DNA of 64,000 bases from NCBI GenBank assembly GCA_964602485.1, contig CAZRQU010000001.1, forward strand, positions 52,284-116,283. The letters are read 5' to 3'. The DNA is from an uncultured Gammaproteobacteria bacterium (GTDB lineage Bacteria; Patescibacteriota; Patescibacteriia; Patescibacteriales; WJLG01). This document shows positions 18,225 to 26,669 of this stretch, in pieces (positions within the stretch are counted from its first letter, which is position 1; the number at the start of each line of letters is the position of its first letter). Under the pieces are notes generated by a model. That model was not told the origin of the DNA. It made no database searches and saw nothing but the letters and a program-made list of their open reading frames with translations. The position numbers and the translations under genes are program-made.

Positions 18225-18510
18225 TTTCGAACAAGGTATTTTAGGATCTACGGCAAAAGAAGAGAAGGAGGTGGCTTTTGACAGCACTATGAGCCTTGAA
18301 GAATATATGAAAGTGCAGAAGAATGAGGCCTTGAGCGACCCTAATATGTATTTTGCCGGCTTAGAGCTTGAACGAAAGCCATCAGAAGAAGAAGCGATCA
18401 TGTATTATATGCAACATGGTGGTCCGGAAGATTTCGCTTACAGGAACTTACGGCATCGTAGTGATATCGATGAAGAGACTAAAAATAAATACTATAATAA
18501 AATTAGCTAG
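18217..18510 (+). CDS. Hypothetical acidic protein (97 aa)
   Basis: The ORF overlaps the scpB stop by 8 nt. I recognise no family. Confidence 0.45.
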   Translation: MSNFEQGILGSTAKEEKEVAFDSTMSLEEYMKVQKNEALSDPNMYFAGLELERKPSEEEAIMYYMQHGGPEDFAYRNLRHRSDIDEETKNKYYNKIS

Positions 18511-18520
18511 AAAGTAAGTT

Positions 18521-19516
18521 ATGTTCATGCCAGCGGTAATAAGTGTTTTGGTTTCAGCTTTGCTTATGAATTTCAACCCGGTTACGGAAAGGGAATTTGC
18601 GGGCATAGGCCCGGCAAAAGCCAGCCAGGATGGCCGAGTGCTGGGGGCTGTCGAGATCATGAAGAGTGTGCCAAGAAAGGTTAATAAGAGCTTTGGTTTC
18701 TCTAACCACTTGCCTGACAACCAGAACCACCCCACCGTTCCTCAAAGAAAAAAGGATTCGAAGCCTTTTGATTTTTCAGCGGCTAGTGCCATAGTCATAG
18801 ACAGTAATACCGATATGCCTCTTTGGGATAAAAGTTCACAAGAGATCAGATCGATAGCCAGTATAAGCAAACTAATGACTGCTTTGGTCTTTTTGGATAA
18901 TAATCCTGGTTGGGATAAGGTGTATGAGATAAAAGCAAACGACAGAAGGGAAGGCGGCAGAATATATCTCAATACCGGAGAAAAAGTAAGAGTAAAGGAT
19001 CTTTTTTATTTAAGTTTGGTAGGTTCTGCCAATACCGCCACCATATCCTTGGTCAGATCAACAGGGATGGATGAAGCTTCATTTATTCGAGAGATGAATA
19101 AAAAAGCGCGTTCTTTGGGGCTTGAAAAGACAAATTTTGCTGATCCGTCCGGATTGAGCAGATTTAATGTGTCAACTGCCAGAGAGGTGGCCAGATTGGC
19201 ACAAAAGAGCTTTTTGGATGAGGACATCAGGCGAGCCACCTTGAAGAGAGATTATTCCTTTGAGACGATGGATGGACGCAAGATATTCGTCAATTCAACA
19301 GATAAACTTTTAGAGATATTTCCAGCCAATGGTATAAATATAGTTGGTGGAAAAACTGGTTATACTAATTCCGCAGGTTCATGTTTTGTCGGCCAATTCG
19401 TTAATAGAGAAGGGGAAAAAATTATCTCCGTGGTTTTAGGAAGCCAGGGAATGAATGATAGGTTCAAGCACACAAAAGACCTGGTGGAATGGGTATATTC
19501 GAGCTATGTTTGGTAA
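18521..19516 (+). CDS. D-alanyl-D-alanine carboxypeptidase (peptidase S11, PBP5-like)
   Basis: It has an N-terminal hydrophobic signal or anchor. The SxxK (SISK), SxN (SAN) and KTG (KTGYT) motifs occur in the right order. Confidence 0.85.
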   Translation: MFMPAVISVLVSALLMNFNPVTEREFAGIGPAKASQDGRVLGAVEIMKSVPRKVNKSFGFSNHLPDNQNHPTVPQRKKDSKPFDFSAASAIVIDSNTDMPLWDKSSQEIRSIASISKLMTALVFLDNNPGWDKVYEIKANDRREGGRIYLNTGEKVRVKDLFYLSLVGSANTATISLVRSTGMDEASFIREMNKKARSLGLEKTNFADPSGLSRFNVSTAREVARLAQKSFLDEDIRRATLKRDYSFETMDGRKIFVNSTDKLLEIFPANGINIVGGKTGYTNSAGSCFVGQFVNREGEKIISVVLGSQGMNDRFKHTKDLVEWVYSSYVW

Positions 19517-19611
19517 TTTGCCAGTTTATGGTTTTTAATTTATACTCTAATAAGAGGTTGGATCAGTATATGATATTAAATACTATTTAATTAATAATAA
19601 ATAATAAGAAT

Positions 19612-20385
19612 ATGGCTAATAAGCAAGAAGAAAAAATAATCATAGCTAATTGGAAAATGAAATTAGGGCTGGAAGATAGTGTTAAATTAGCGGATGATTT
19701 CAATAATAAGTTCGCAGACTTCGAGCAAAAGGAGAAAACTGTCGTGGTTTGTCCCTCACTGATATCATTGACCAAGGTCAAGGATAATTTAGGGGATTTT
19801 GTAAAGATGGGCGCTCAGAACGTTTTTTGGGAGATACAAGGTTCTTACACAGGGGAGATATCGCCCAAGGATCTGGAATCAACTGGTTGTGAATATGTCA
19901 TAATAGGACATTCTGAAAGAAGGAAACATTTATTGGAGAATTATGCCATGATACACCAAAAGGTGAAGACCGCTTTGAACTCTTCTAATTTGAAGCCCAT
20001 AGTTTGCATAGGAGAGGAAGCTGATGATAGGAAAACGGATAAAAGGGATTATGTCCTTATGAATCAGATCCAGCAGGCCTTGGGAGGTGTTACGGTTGAT
20101 GGAGATCAACAGATAATAGTTGCTTATGAACCTGTTTGGGCAATTGGTTCAGGAACCGCTTTGGATCCCGAGGAAGCTAAATATGCACATAAGATAATAA
20201 GGTTAGCTTTGAATGATATGTTCGGTATGAAAGTGGTTGAGAATAATTTCAAGATAATATACGGAGGAAGCGTTACTAGTGAGAATGTTAGCGGTTTTAC
20301 TGACCTTAATGATATAGACGGTCTATTGGTAGGAGGGGCAAGTCTTAAAGCTGACGAATTCCGCAAGATTTGTGAAAGGATCTAA
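19612..20385 (+). CDS. tpiA: Triosephosphate isomerase
   Basis: Contains ANWKM, IIGHSERR, AYEPVWAIG.G and YGGSV. Confidence 0.95.
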   Translation: MANKQEEKIIIANWKMKLGLEDSVKLADDFNNKFADFEQKEKTVVVCPSLISLTKVKDNLGDFVKMGAQNVFWEIQGSYTGEISPKDLESTGCEYVIIGHSERRKHLLENYAMIHQKVKTALNSSNLKPIVCIGEEADDRKTDKRDYVLMNQIQQALGGVTVDGDQQIIVAYEPVWAIGSGTALDPEEAKYAHKIIRLALNDMFGMKVVENNFKIIYGGSVTSENVSGFTDLNDIDGLLVGGASLKADEFRKICERI

Positions 20386-20400
20386 ATTTATATTTAGAAA

Positions 20401-21201
20401 ATGAAAATGGCCAATATTATTCCTTTAGTTTTGATCGGGATCAGCTTATCAGCGATCGTGGTAATAGTAGTCAGGAAATTCTCTTCTTTAGCTAATCTGG
20501 ATGTGGATACTATACCAGCCGAAAAAGAAGCTAAATTCAAAGAGCAACTAGTGGAAAGCCGTCTTAATAGGGGGGTTACCAAAACTATCTCTCGTTTGAC
20601 TTGGATATTTAGGGAAATATCAGGCAGGATCGGAAAATATTTTTCTTGGGCAGGGGACAAGCTGAATGACATGAAGAAAGAGTATAATAGCGAGGCTGAG
20701 CATTCTCTTAACGAAGACGAGAAGATGGAAAAGATAGAAAGTTTGTTCTCGTCACTCGAAGGGATGGATGAAAGGGATGATTTTTCCGAAATGGAGAGCA
20801 TATTGATAAAGATAATAGGTTTGGACGGTAAGAATGTCCCGGCTTTCAAAGCCTTGGGCGAGCTTTATTATAAGAGTAGGAAATATGAAGAGGCTAAACA
20901 GGCTTTGGAGCATGTTTTAAAGCTCGTAGATGACAATGAGACTGACCAGCAAGCGAAGATATATTACGACCTGGCTTTGGTCCATAAAGAGACCCAGGAT
21001 ACGGAAAAGGCCTTTGAGAGTATAAAGAAATCTGTTAAATTTTCGTCCAACAACCCTCGTTTCCTTGACGCGATGCTAGAAATAAGTATAATGAATAAAG
21101 ATAAGATATTAGCCAGTGATACTTTAGACAAATTAAAGCAAGTCAATCCGGATAATAAGAAATTGGAGGAATGGGGAAGCAGGATAGAAAAGATGGAATA
21201 G
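20401..21201 (+). CDS. Membrane-anchored TPR-repeat protein
   Basis: N-terminal TM segment (IIPLVLIGISLSAIVVIVV). The C-terminal half has TPR-like AxxYYxxxxYEEAxxxxE units. Confidence 0.65.
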   Translation: MKMANIIPLVLIGISLSAIVVIVVRKFSSLANLDVDTIPAEKEAKFKEQLVESRLNRGVTKTISRLTWIFREISGRIGKYFSWAGDKLNDMKKEYNSEAEHSLNEDEKMEKIESLFSSLEGMDERDDFSEMESILIKIIGLDGKNVPAFKALGELYYKSRKYEEAKQALEHVLKLVDDNETDQQAKIYYDLALVHKETQDTEKAFESIKKSVKFSSNNPRFLDAMLEISIMNKDKILASDTLDKLKQVNPDNKKLEEWGSRIEKME

Positions 21202-21297
21202 TTAGAACATCATCTTTTTAAACAAGCTTCTTCTTGGGGCTTGTTTTTAGGTTTATTCTCGCTAGTAGTATTAAGGGTATAGCGCATTGGTCGTAGT

Positions 21298-21370
<73 letters not shown>

Positions 21371-21380
21371 CATCACCTTT

Positions 21381-21439
21381 AAATTGTAAATTACAGATCG
21401 CAAACTGCAAATATTTTTACACTTTGTAATTTGCAATTT
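21381..21439 (-). repeat. Palindromic intergenic repeat element, copy A (between the two tRNAs)
   Basis: AAATTGTAAATTACA (21381-21395) matches the reverse complement of TGTAATTTGCAATTT (21425-21439) at 14 of 15 positions. The reverse complement of this spacer aligns with 51749-51810. Confidence 0.7.
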
Positions 21440-21451
21440 GAATTTTGTATC

Positions 21452-21534
21452 GGGTCGGTACCAAAGCGGTCAAATGGGGCAGACTGTAAATCTGCTGGCT
21501 TTCGCCTTCGCAAGTTCGAATCTTGCCCGGCCCA
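21452..21534 (+). tRNA. tRNA-Tyr (anticodon GUA), long variable arm
   Basis: Acceptor GGGTCGG/CCGGCCC with one G-U pair, anticodon arm GCAGA-CTGTAAA-TCTGC, long variable arm, T arm GCAAG-TTCGAAT-CTTGC. No CCA is encoded. Confidence 0.9.
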
Positions 21535-21536
21535 CA

Positions 21537-21564
21537 AAGATCCCACCAAAGGTGGGATCTTTTT
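21537..21564. terminator. Bidirectional rho-independent terminator (tRNA pair / comFC)
   Basis: AAGATCCCACC-aaa-GGTGGGATCTT followed by TTTT. A-runs and T-runs flank both sides. Confidence 0.8.
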
Positions 21565-21600
21565 ATGGTGATAGCCCGGTTAAAGATCGAATTTTCCTTT

Positions 21601-22242
21601 TTAACCCTTGGCTACGACCATGGCCTTTACTTCTTTAGCTCCGGCTTCCTTGAGTGTCTTTGCACATTCGTTCAAAGTAGCGCCAGTGGTAATAACATCA
21701 TCGATCAGGATAATTCTTTTTTTGAGCAAAAAGAGGCTGTCCCACCGGAAGCAATTTTTTATATTATTTATCCTTCTTTGACGACCGACTTTAGCTTGAG
21801 GGGTGTTATCCTTTATCCTTAAGAGTCCTTTGGACAGCGGTTTTTTATTTAGGCTGGCAATATGTTTAGCCAATAATTCACTTTGATTAAATCCTCGCCA
21901 CCTTTTTTTAAAAGCAGACAAAGGAACCGGCACTAGTTCGTATTTGTTCACATCCAACTCTTTTTTCTTAATGGATCGGCAGAGCATATCTCCGAATATG
22001 TCAGCTATATCAGTAACAAGCCCATATTTCATGGTTTTTATCATTTTTGATATCAGAGGGTTGTCATATTCAAATAAAAAAAACACGCCATTCAGGTATT
22101 TTAAATGGGCGTTATCGGTTATTATTTTCGATCTTGGCTCTAATATGTTCAAGCACTTTTGACATAGCCATTGTCCATCCTTGCCGCAATTCAAGCATTC
22201 TATCGGAAATAAGACATCCTTGATCGACGCTAATAGGTTCAT
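21601..22242 (-). CDS. comFC: ComF family protein (ComFC-like phosphoribosyltransferase)
   Basis: N-terminal zinc finger C..C...C..C. The C-terminus has the PRTase motif ILIDDVITTGATL. Confidence 0.85.
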   Translation of the reverse strand: MNLLASIKDVLFPIECLNCGKDGQWLCQKCLNILEPRSKIITDNAHLKYLNGVFFLFEYDNPLISKMIKTMKYGLVTDIADIFGDMLCRSIKKKELDVNKYELVPVPLSAFKKRWRGFNQSELLAKHIASLNKKPLSKGLLRIKDNTPQAKVGRQRRINNIKNCFRWDSLFLLKKRIILIDDVITTGATLNECAKTLKEAGAKEVKAMVVAKG

Positions 22243-22244
22243 CG

Positions 22245-23507
22245 TTAGTTCAATTCTATCTTATGTAGCCTTTCGGTTGTCTTGTCAGTAAAATAAAGAT
22301 TGCTTTCATCCTCGGATATCATCATTTGACTTATGTTAAAAGCTTTGTCAGGGATAGCTATAAGTTTCTTCATACCTGTTCTGAGGTCTATTTTGTATAA
22401 CTTATCTTGAGTGTTGTCAGCTAACTCGGGAAACATACCCGCTCCTTCGGGGAGCTCTTCAGGAACGGCGCAGTAAACCTGATCGTTATTACCAAAAGTG
22501 CATTTTTCAGCCCAGGTTTCCACTCCTAGGCTGCCCCTGCCGGTTCCGATCGATTCTCCTTGAGCATTGACTATCCATAATTTGGGTTTGAGTTCATCTT
22601 CTGTGGAATATACGCTGTATAGTAGCTTGTCGCCCTCTGTTGACCATTTTGGCTGAAAACCTCGCCCCTCTATGATCGTTGATTTGAAATTCTCTTTATT
22701 CTTTCCCACAAAGAACACTTCCTGCCTATTGAAATCAACTCCTCTAGTGTGCATGGCTATGGTTTGGTCGTTCGGCGACCATGAAGGGTAGACCTTGTCG
22801 GCGTTCTCTCCGATCTTTTCGATCGCCTGACTTCTTGATCCATCAGGGTTGGAGATGGCCAGCCATCTGTTTTCCGGGTCTATACCAATGCTTTTCATAA
22901 CTATTTTATCGCCTTTATCGGAAAATCTAAAATCTTCCCAGTGTTTAGGTAAGGTCACTTGTTTTTCTTGCTCAAAGTCGTAGACGATATTCGATCCATC
23001 CGGATATTCTATTATAGCCTTGCTTTCGGCCGGAGACCAGTTGACCTTATCCACTCCGTAAAATTCCTTTTCTGAAAGCAGAACTTTATTGCCATCTTTA
23101 TCGACCCTATAAAAATGACCATCTTTTCGGTCATAATATCTAAGATCAGAACCGTTATCATGAAGTGAGGGGTTTAGAGTAGGGGATTCGACCAATTCCG
23201 TGGTTCTGGTTACGCCACCCCTGGCTTTGTCATCGATCTCTATTCTCTGTTTGTCCTGACCTTCGGTTATACCGGTTATTACTCTTTCTTCACCCTCTTC
23301 GGTTATGATAACTCCCTCTCCTTCCTCTGCTTCCGGCAAAAGTCCCCCGGGAGTGGTGGTGACTACTTCTTTTTCTCCTGGTATCACTTCCTCGGGTGCC
23401 GTTGCGGGCTTGAAGAAGGTATTATAGATAATAAAACCTATCAGAGCCACTAGAGCCAAGAATATTATTAAAAAAAAGATTTTTTTATATTTTCTCCAAA
23501 AACCCAT
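22245..23507 (-). CDS. Membrane-anchored TolB-like beta-propeller (PD40-repeat) protein
   Basis: N-terminal TM segment. W-SP-type repeats recur (VNWSPAESKAI, YPSWSPNDQTIA, QPKWSTEGDKLLY). Confidence 0.7.
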   Translation of the reverse strand: MGFWRKYKKIFFLIIFLALVALIGFIIYNTFFKPATAPEEVIPGEKEVVTTTPGGLLPEAEEGEGVIITEEGEERVITGITEGQDKQRIEIDDKARGGVTRTTELVESPTLNPSLHDNGSDLRYYDRKDGHFYRVDKDGNKVLLSEKEFYGVDKVNWSPAESKAIIEYPDGSNIVYDFEQEKQVTLPKHWEDFRFSDKGDKIVMKSIGIDPENRWLAISNPDGSRSQAIEKIGENADKVYPSWSPNDQTIAMHTRGVDFNRQEVFFVGKNKENFKSTIIEGRGFQPKWSTEGDKLLYSVYSTEDELKPKLWIVNAQGESIGTGRGSLGVETWAEKCTFGNNDQVYCAVPEELPEGAGMFPELADNTQDKLYKIDLRTGMKKLIAIPDKAFNISQMMISEDESNLYFTDKTTERLHKIELN

Positions 23508-23562
23508 GATCTTATCCTTTGAAATATGTCCCTTTAAGAGAGTTTTTAAGGGCTATTTCATT

Positions 23563-23591
23563 TTGGTGTATTTAAATTTTTGTGTTATAAT
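23563..23591 (+). promoter_or_regulatory. Sigma70-type promoter for the pil operon (TTGGTG - 17 nt - TGtTATAAT)
   Basis: -35 TTGGTG at 23563-23568 and extended -10 TGTTATAAT at 23583-23591, about 95 nt upstream of pilM. Confidence 0.5.
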
Positions 23592-23684
23592 TATGTTTGA
23601 GGGAAAGGTGCGTAACCATCCTCATAACTTTTATATTAATATTATACAATATTAATAAATTTAACACAAAGATTTGCTATACTT

Positions 23685-24740
23685 ATGGGTTTGTTTTCTT
23701 CAAATGAGGGCTACCTAGGGATCGACATAGGCAGTTTTTCTATAAAATTGGTGGAGTTGGTCAAGAATAAAGGCGAGGTGGAATTATCTACCTATGCTTT
23801 TTCTGAGAACAAGGATATATCTTCTGACTCCAGTCGGTTAAAGGACCCTGAATATATCATAAAGATAATAGAACAGCTTTATCAAAAGTCTGAGGCGACC
23901 AGCAGATCAGCGGTCTCGACCATTCCTTCTTTTTCTGTTTTTTCATCAGTTATAAACCTTCACAATGTCGACAAAAGAGAGATGGGGGAGGCAATAGAAT
24001 GGGAAGCCAAGAAATTGATACCACTCCCTTTGGAGGAGATGGTCTTGGACTGGAAGGTCATAGACGATACAAGTAGCGAGAAGAATAATATAAAGGTTTT
24101 TCTTACAGGTTCGCCCAAAAAACTCATAAAGAAATATGTGAACATTTTTCGTCGCACTCAGCTTGATCTTCTAAGTTTGGAAACTGAGAGTTTTTCCTTG
24201 GTCAGGGCCTTGGTGGGCGATGATAAGTCTACTATGATGATAGTTCAAATGGGGGCCAGTAATACCGACATATCAGTTGTTCAAAAAGGCATACCGATAC
24301 TGAATAGAAGTATAGATGTTGGAGGGTTGAGTATAACGAAAGCGATCAGTGGTAATTTGAATGTCGGTTTGTATAGAGCTGAACAATTCAAAAAGGATAT
24401 GGGGATGAACACTGAAAAAGCAGCTGGCGGAGTCATCCCGAAGACCATCGCCAGTTCTATAAATCCGATAATAAACGAAATAAAATACCTTTTGAATCTT
24501 TATAAGAATAGCAGTTCAGGCAGAGAAGGTAGTGGCAACGTTGAGAAGATAATATTATCCGGAGGGTCGGTCATGTTGCCTAACTTCGCCGACTATCTGT
24601 CTGATAATCTTAATATGAATGTCATAATAGGCGATCCTTGGGCCAGAGTTTCGTATCCCAAGGAATTAAAGCCCGTATTGGCCGAAACAGGACCTAGTAT
24701 GTCCATAGCTATAGGTTCGGCCATTAGGGAAATAGAATAA
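23685..24740 (+). CDS. pilM: Type IV pilus assembly protein PilM (actin-like ATPase fold)
   Basis: Contains GIDIGS.SIKLVEL, an FtsA/PilM-like architecture, and leads the pilN/pilO-like genes. Confidence 0.9.
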   Translation: MGLFSSNEGYLGIDIGSFSIKLVELVKNKGEVELSTYAFSENKDISSDSSRLKDPEYIIKIIEQLYQKSEATSRSAVSTIPSFSVFSSVINLHNVDKREMGEAIEWEAKKLIPLPLEEMVLDWKVIDDTSSEKNNIKVFLTGSPKKLIKKYVNIFRRTQLDLLSLETESFSLVRALVGDDKSTMMIVQMGASNTDISVVQKGIPILNRSIDVGGLSITKAISGNLNVGLYRAEQFKKDMGMNTEKAAGGVIPKTIASSINPIINEIKYLLNLYKNSSSGREGSGNVEKIILSGGSVMLPNFADYLSDNLNMNVIIGDPWARVSYPKELKPVLAETGPSMSIAIGSAIREIE

Positions 24741-24742
24741 TT

Positions 24743-25699
24743 ATGGATTTCGCCTCTTTTTTCAAAAATAATAAGAATAGCGGACAAGCCCCTGATTCTC
24801 CGTCAGGAGAAAGTGTTTCACAAGAAGGGCAGGGTGGGGATGAGAAGAAGATGGATTTTTTAAAGGGTGTTGAAGATGAAGGGATCGATACGACCCCGAT
24901 AAGAAAATCGTCCAAAAGCCGTTTGAATGATATGTTGATATCTCCTCCGCCTGAGGGGCCGGCTGATCCTGGCCAGGACGACGAAGATAGCAATGATCAG
25001 GATACCGAGCCCAAAAAGAATGAATCAAGGGTGTCTCCGCCTAAGAAGCCAAAGAAAAGTTTTTTTTCCGGTCTTTTAAGCAAACTTAAAAATAAAAGCG
25101 ACAAAGGGGGACTTTTAGGAGGCAAGGGTGGTGATGTTCTTGAGGTTAACTTGGTCAAAGATGAGATAATAAAATTCTTTGATTGGCAGAAGAATATTTT
25201 GTTTTTGTTCTTAGCCATATTCGCTTCTTTGTTCATTCTTACTATAGCTTATTGGGGCATTTCATGGTGGGGCAATCGCATGCAGGTGGAAAAGGATCAG
25301 TTCTTGGCTCAAGATTATTATCGTTTGAATAAGCAGATAAGGGAGTTAGAGCCGAAGATAGAGGAAGTATCCAGGTTCCAGCATAAATTGGATATGGTCA
25401 ATCATCTTTTGGACGATCATATATATTGGACCAACTTTTTCGATTTTTTGGAAAAGAACACCTTGGAAGATGTTTACTTCTTTGATTTTAGCGGTGATAC
25501 CAATGGTTCATACAACCTGGGTGGCCGAGCTCGTTATTTTGAGGTGCTTGATGCTCAAAAAAAGAAATTCCTAGAAGATGATCGAGTTACTTCTGCGCAG
25601 ATAAAGAGTGGCAATGTGGTCTCGGGCGGAAAAAAGGAATCTCCAGGCGTAGCTTTTAATATAACCTTTTCGGTTGATCCGGAAATATTCTATAAATAA
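24743..25699 (+). CDS. PilN-like bitopic protein with a disordered N-terminal extension of about 135 aa
   Basis: An EVNLVKDE motif (compare the PilN INLLP motif) lies about 15 aa before the single TM segment, followed by a coiled coil. It sits in the pilN position after pilM. Confidence 0.6.
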   Translation: MDFASFFKNNKNSGQAPDSPSGESVSQEGQGGDEKKMDFLKGVEDEGIDTTPIRKSSKSRLNDMLISPPPEGPADPGQDDEDSNDQDTEPKKNESRVSPPKKPKKSFFSGLLSKLKNKSDKGGLLGGKGGDVLEVNLVKDEIIKFFDWQKNILFLFLAIFASLFILTIAYWGISWWGNRMQVEKDQFLAQDYYRLNKQIRELEPKIEEVSRFQHKLDMVNHLLDDHIYWTNFFDFLEKNTLEDVYFFDFSGDTNGSYNLGGRARYFEVLDAQKKKFLEDDRVTSAQIKSGNVVSGGKKESPGVAFNITFSVDPEIFYK

Positions 25700-25704
25700 T
25701 AATT

Positions 25705-26361
25705 ATGGCCAAAGACACAGCCAAAGAAAAAAAAGAGATAAGGAAGCTGGAAAGAAGAAAGGCGCTTATAAAGAATGTCAATGAATTCTTGGATAATAAT
25801 TTCAAGTGGTTCATTATTTTGGTTGTGGTGATCATTTTATTGTCCGGTTATTTTTTCTTATTGAAGCCGAAAAGAGAGAGCTCAGAGAAGATGTTGAGGG
25901 TGATCAATCAAAAAAGGGAGGAAGATTACTATAACAAAAAAGAAGAACTCAAAAAGATAAAAGACCTTTTATTGGTCTATTCGAGAATAAGTTCTTCGTA
26001 TATAGACAAGATAAACTCTATTGCTCCTCCTGACATAGATGACCTGTTCACAGAGATGAACCAGCTTATTTCCAATCAGGGGCTTTTCGTGCAATCGCTC
26101 AATATAAACAAAGTAAATATTAGAGATCCTAAATTAGCTAAAAAGAACAAGAATGATCAGGAGTATAGTGAAGAGATAGGCGGAATAAAGGTCTCTATAA
26201 GCGTTAGAGGTACTGATTATGAAGCTTTTAAAAATCTACTGCATTCATTGGAGAACAATCTTAGGCTGATAGATGTTGAAAGGGTTGATTTCGATCCCAA
26301 GAGTCAATCCACTAAATTGTTGTTATCCACTTATTATACAAAAAAGAAAGATAAAAAATAA
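25705..26361 (+). CDS. PilO-like bitopic protein
   Basis: Short basic N-terminus, one TM segment, a coiled coil and a C-terminal alpha/beta region. It sits in the pilO position. Confidence 0.55.
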   Translation: MAKDTAKEKKEIRKLERRKALIKNVNEFLDNNFKWFIILVVVIILLSGYFFLLKPKRESSEKMLRVINQKREEDYYNKKEELKKIKDLLLVYSRISSSYIDKINSIAPPDIDDLFTEMNQLISNQGLFVQSLNINKVNIRDPKLAKKNKNDQEYSEEIGGIKVSISVRGTDYEAFKNLLHSLENNLRLIDVERVDFDPKSQSTKLLLSTYYTKKKDKK

Positions 26362-26364
26362 ATT

Positions 26365-26634
26365 ATGAATTCTAATGTAGGGAAGATAATTATATATTTT
26401 TTGGTTATAGGTTTTATAATAGCTTTTTTGATATACTTCTATAATAGCTTGGCGACCGATGATGTTGGTAAGGATTTTATAGAAATAAAGACAAGATCCA
26501 CCAAGACCAACATCAGAGAAGATATAAATTTGGAATTACTGCAAGAGCAAAAATTTATAAACTTGCAGAGCAATAGTAGTGAGCGAGCCGTCTTCAAGGC
26601 CGGCAAAAGAAACCCCTTTGAACCTTACGATTAA
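26365..26634 (+). CDS. Small bitopic membrane protein (89 aa) in the pil operon
   Basis: N-terminal TM segment (IIIYFLVIGFIIAFLIYFY). It occupies the slot between pilO-like and pilB. Confidence 0.45.
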   Translation: MNSNVGKIIIYFLVIGFIIAFLIYFYNSLATDDVGKDFIEIKTRSTKTNIREDINLELLQEQKFINLQSNSSERAVFKAGKRNPFEPYD

Positions 26635-26669
26635 GAGAAAGTATTTAAATACGCAACCTTTTTTGAAAT

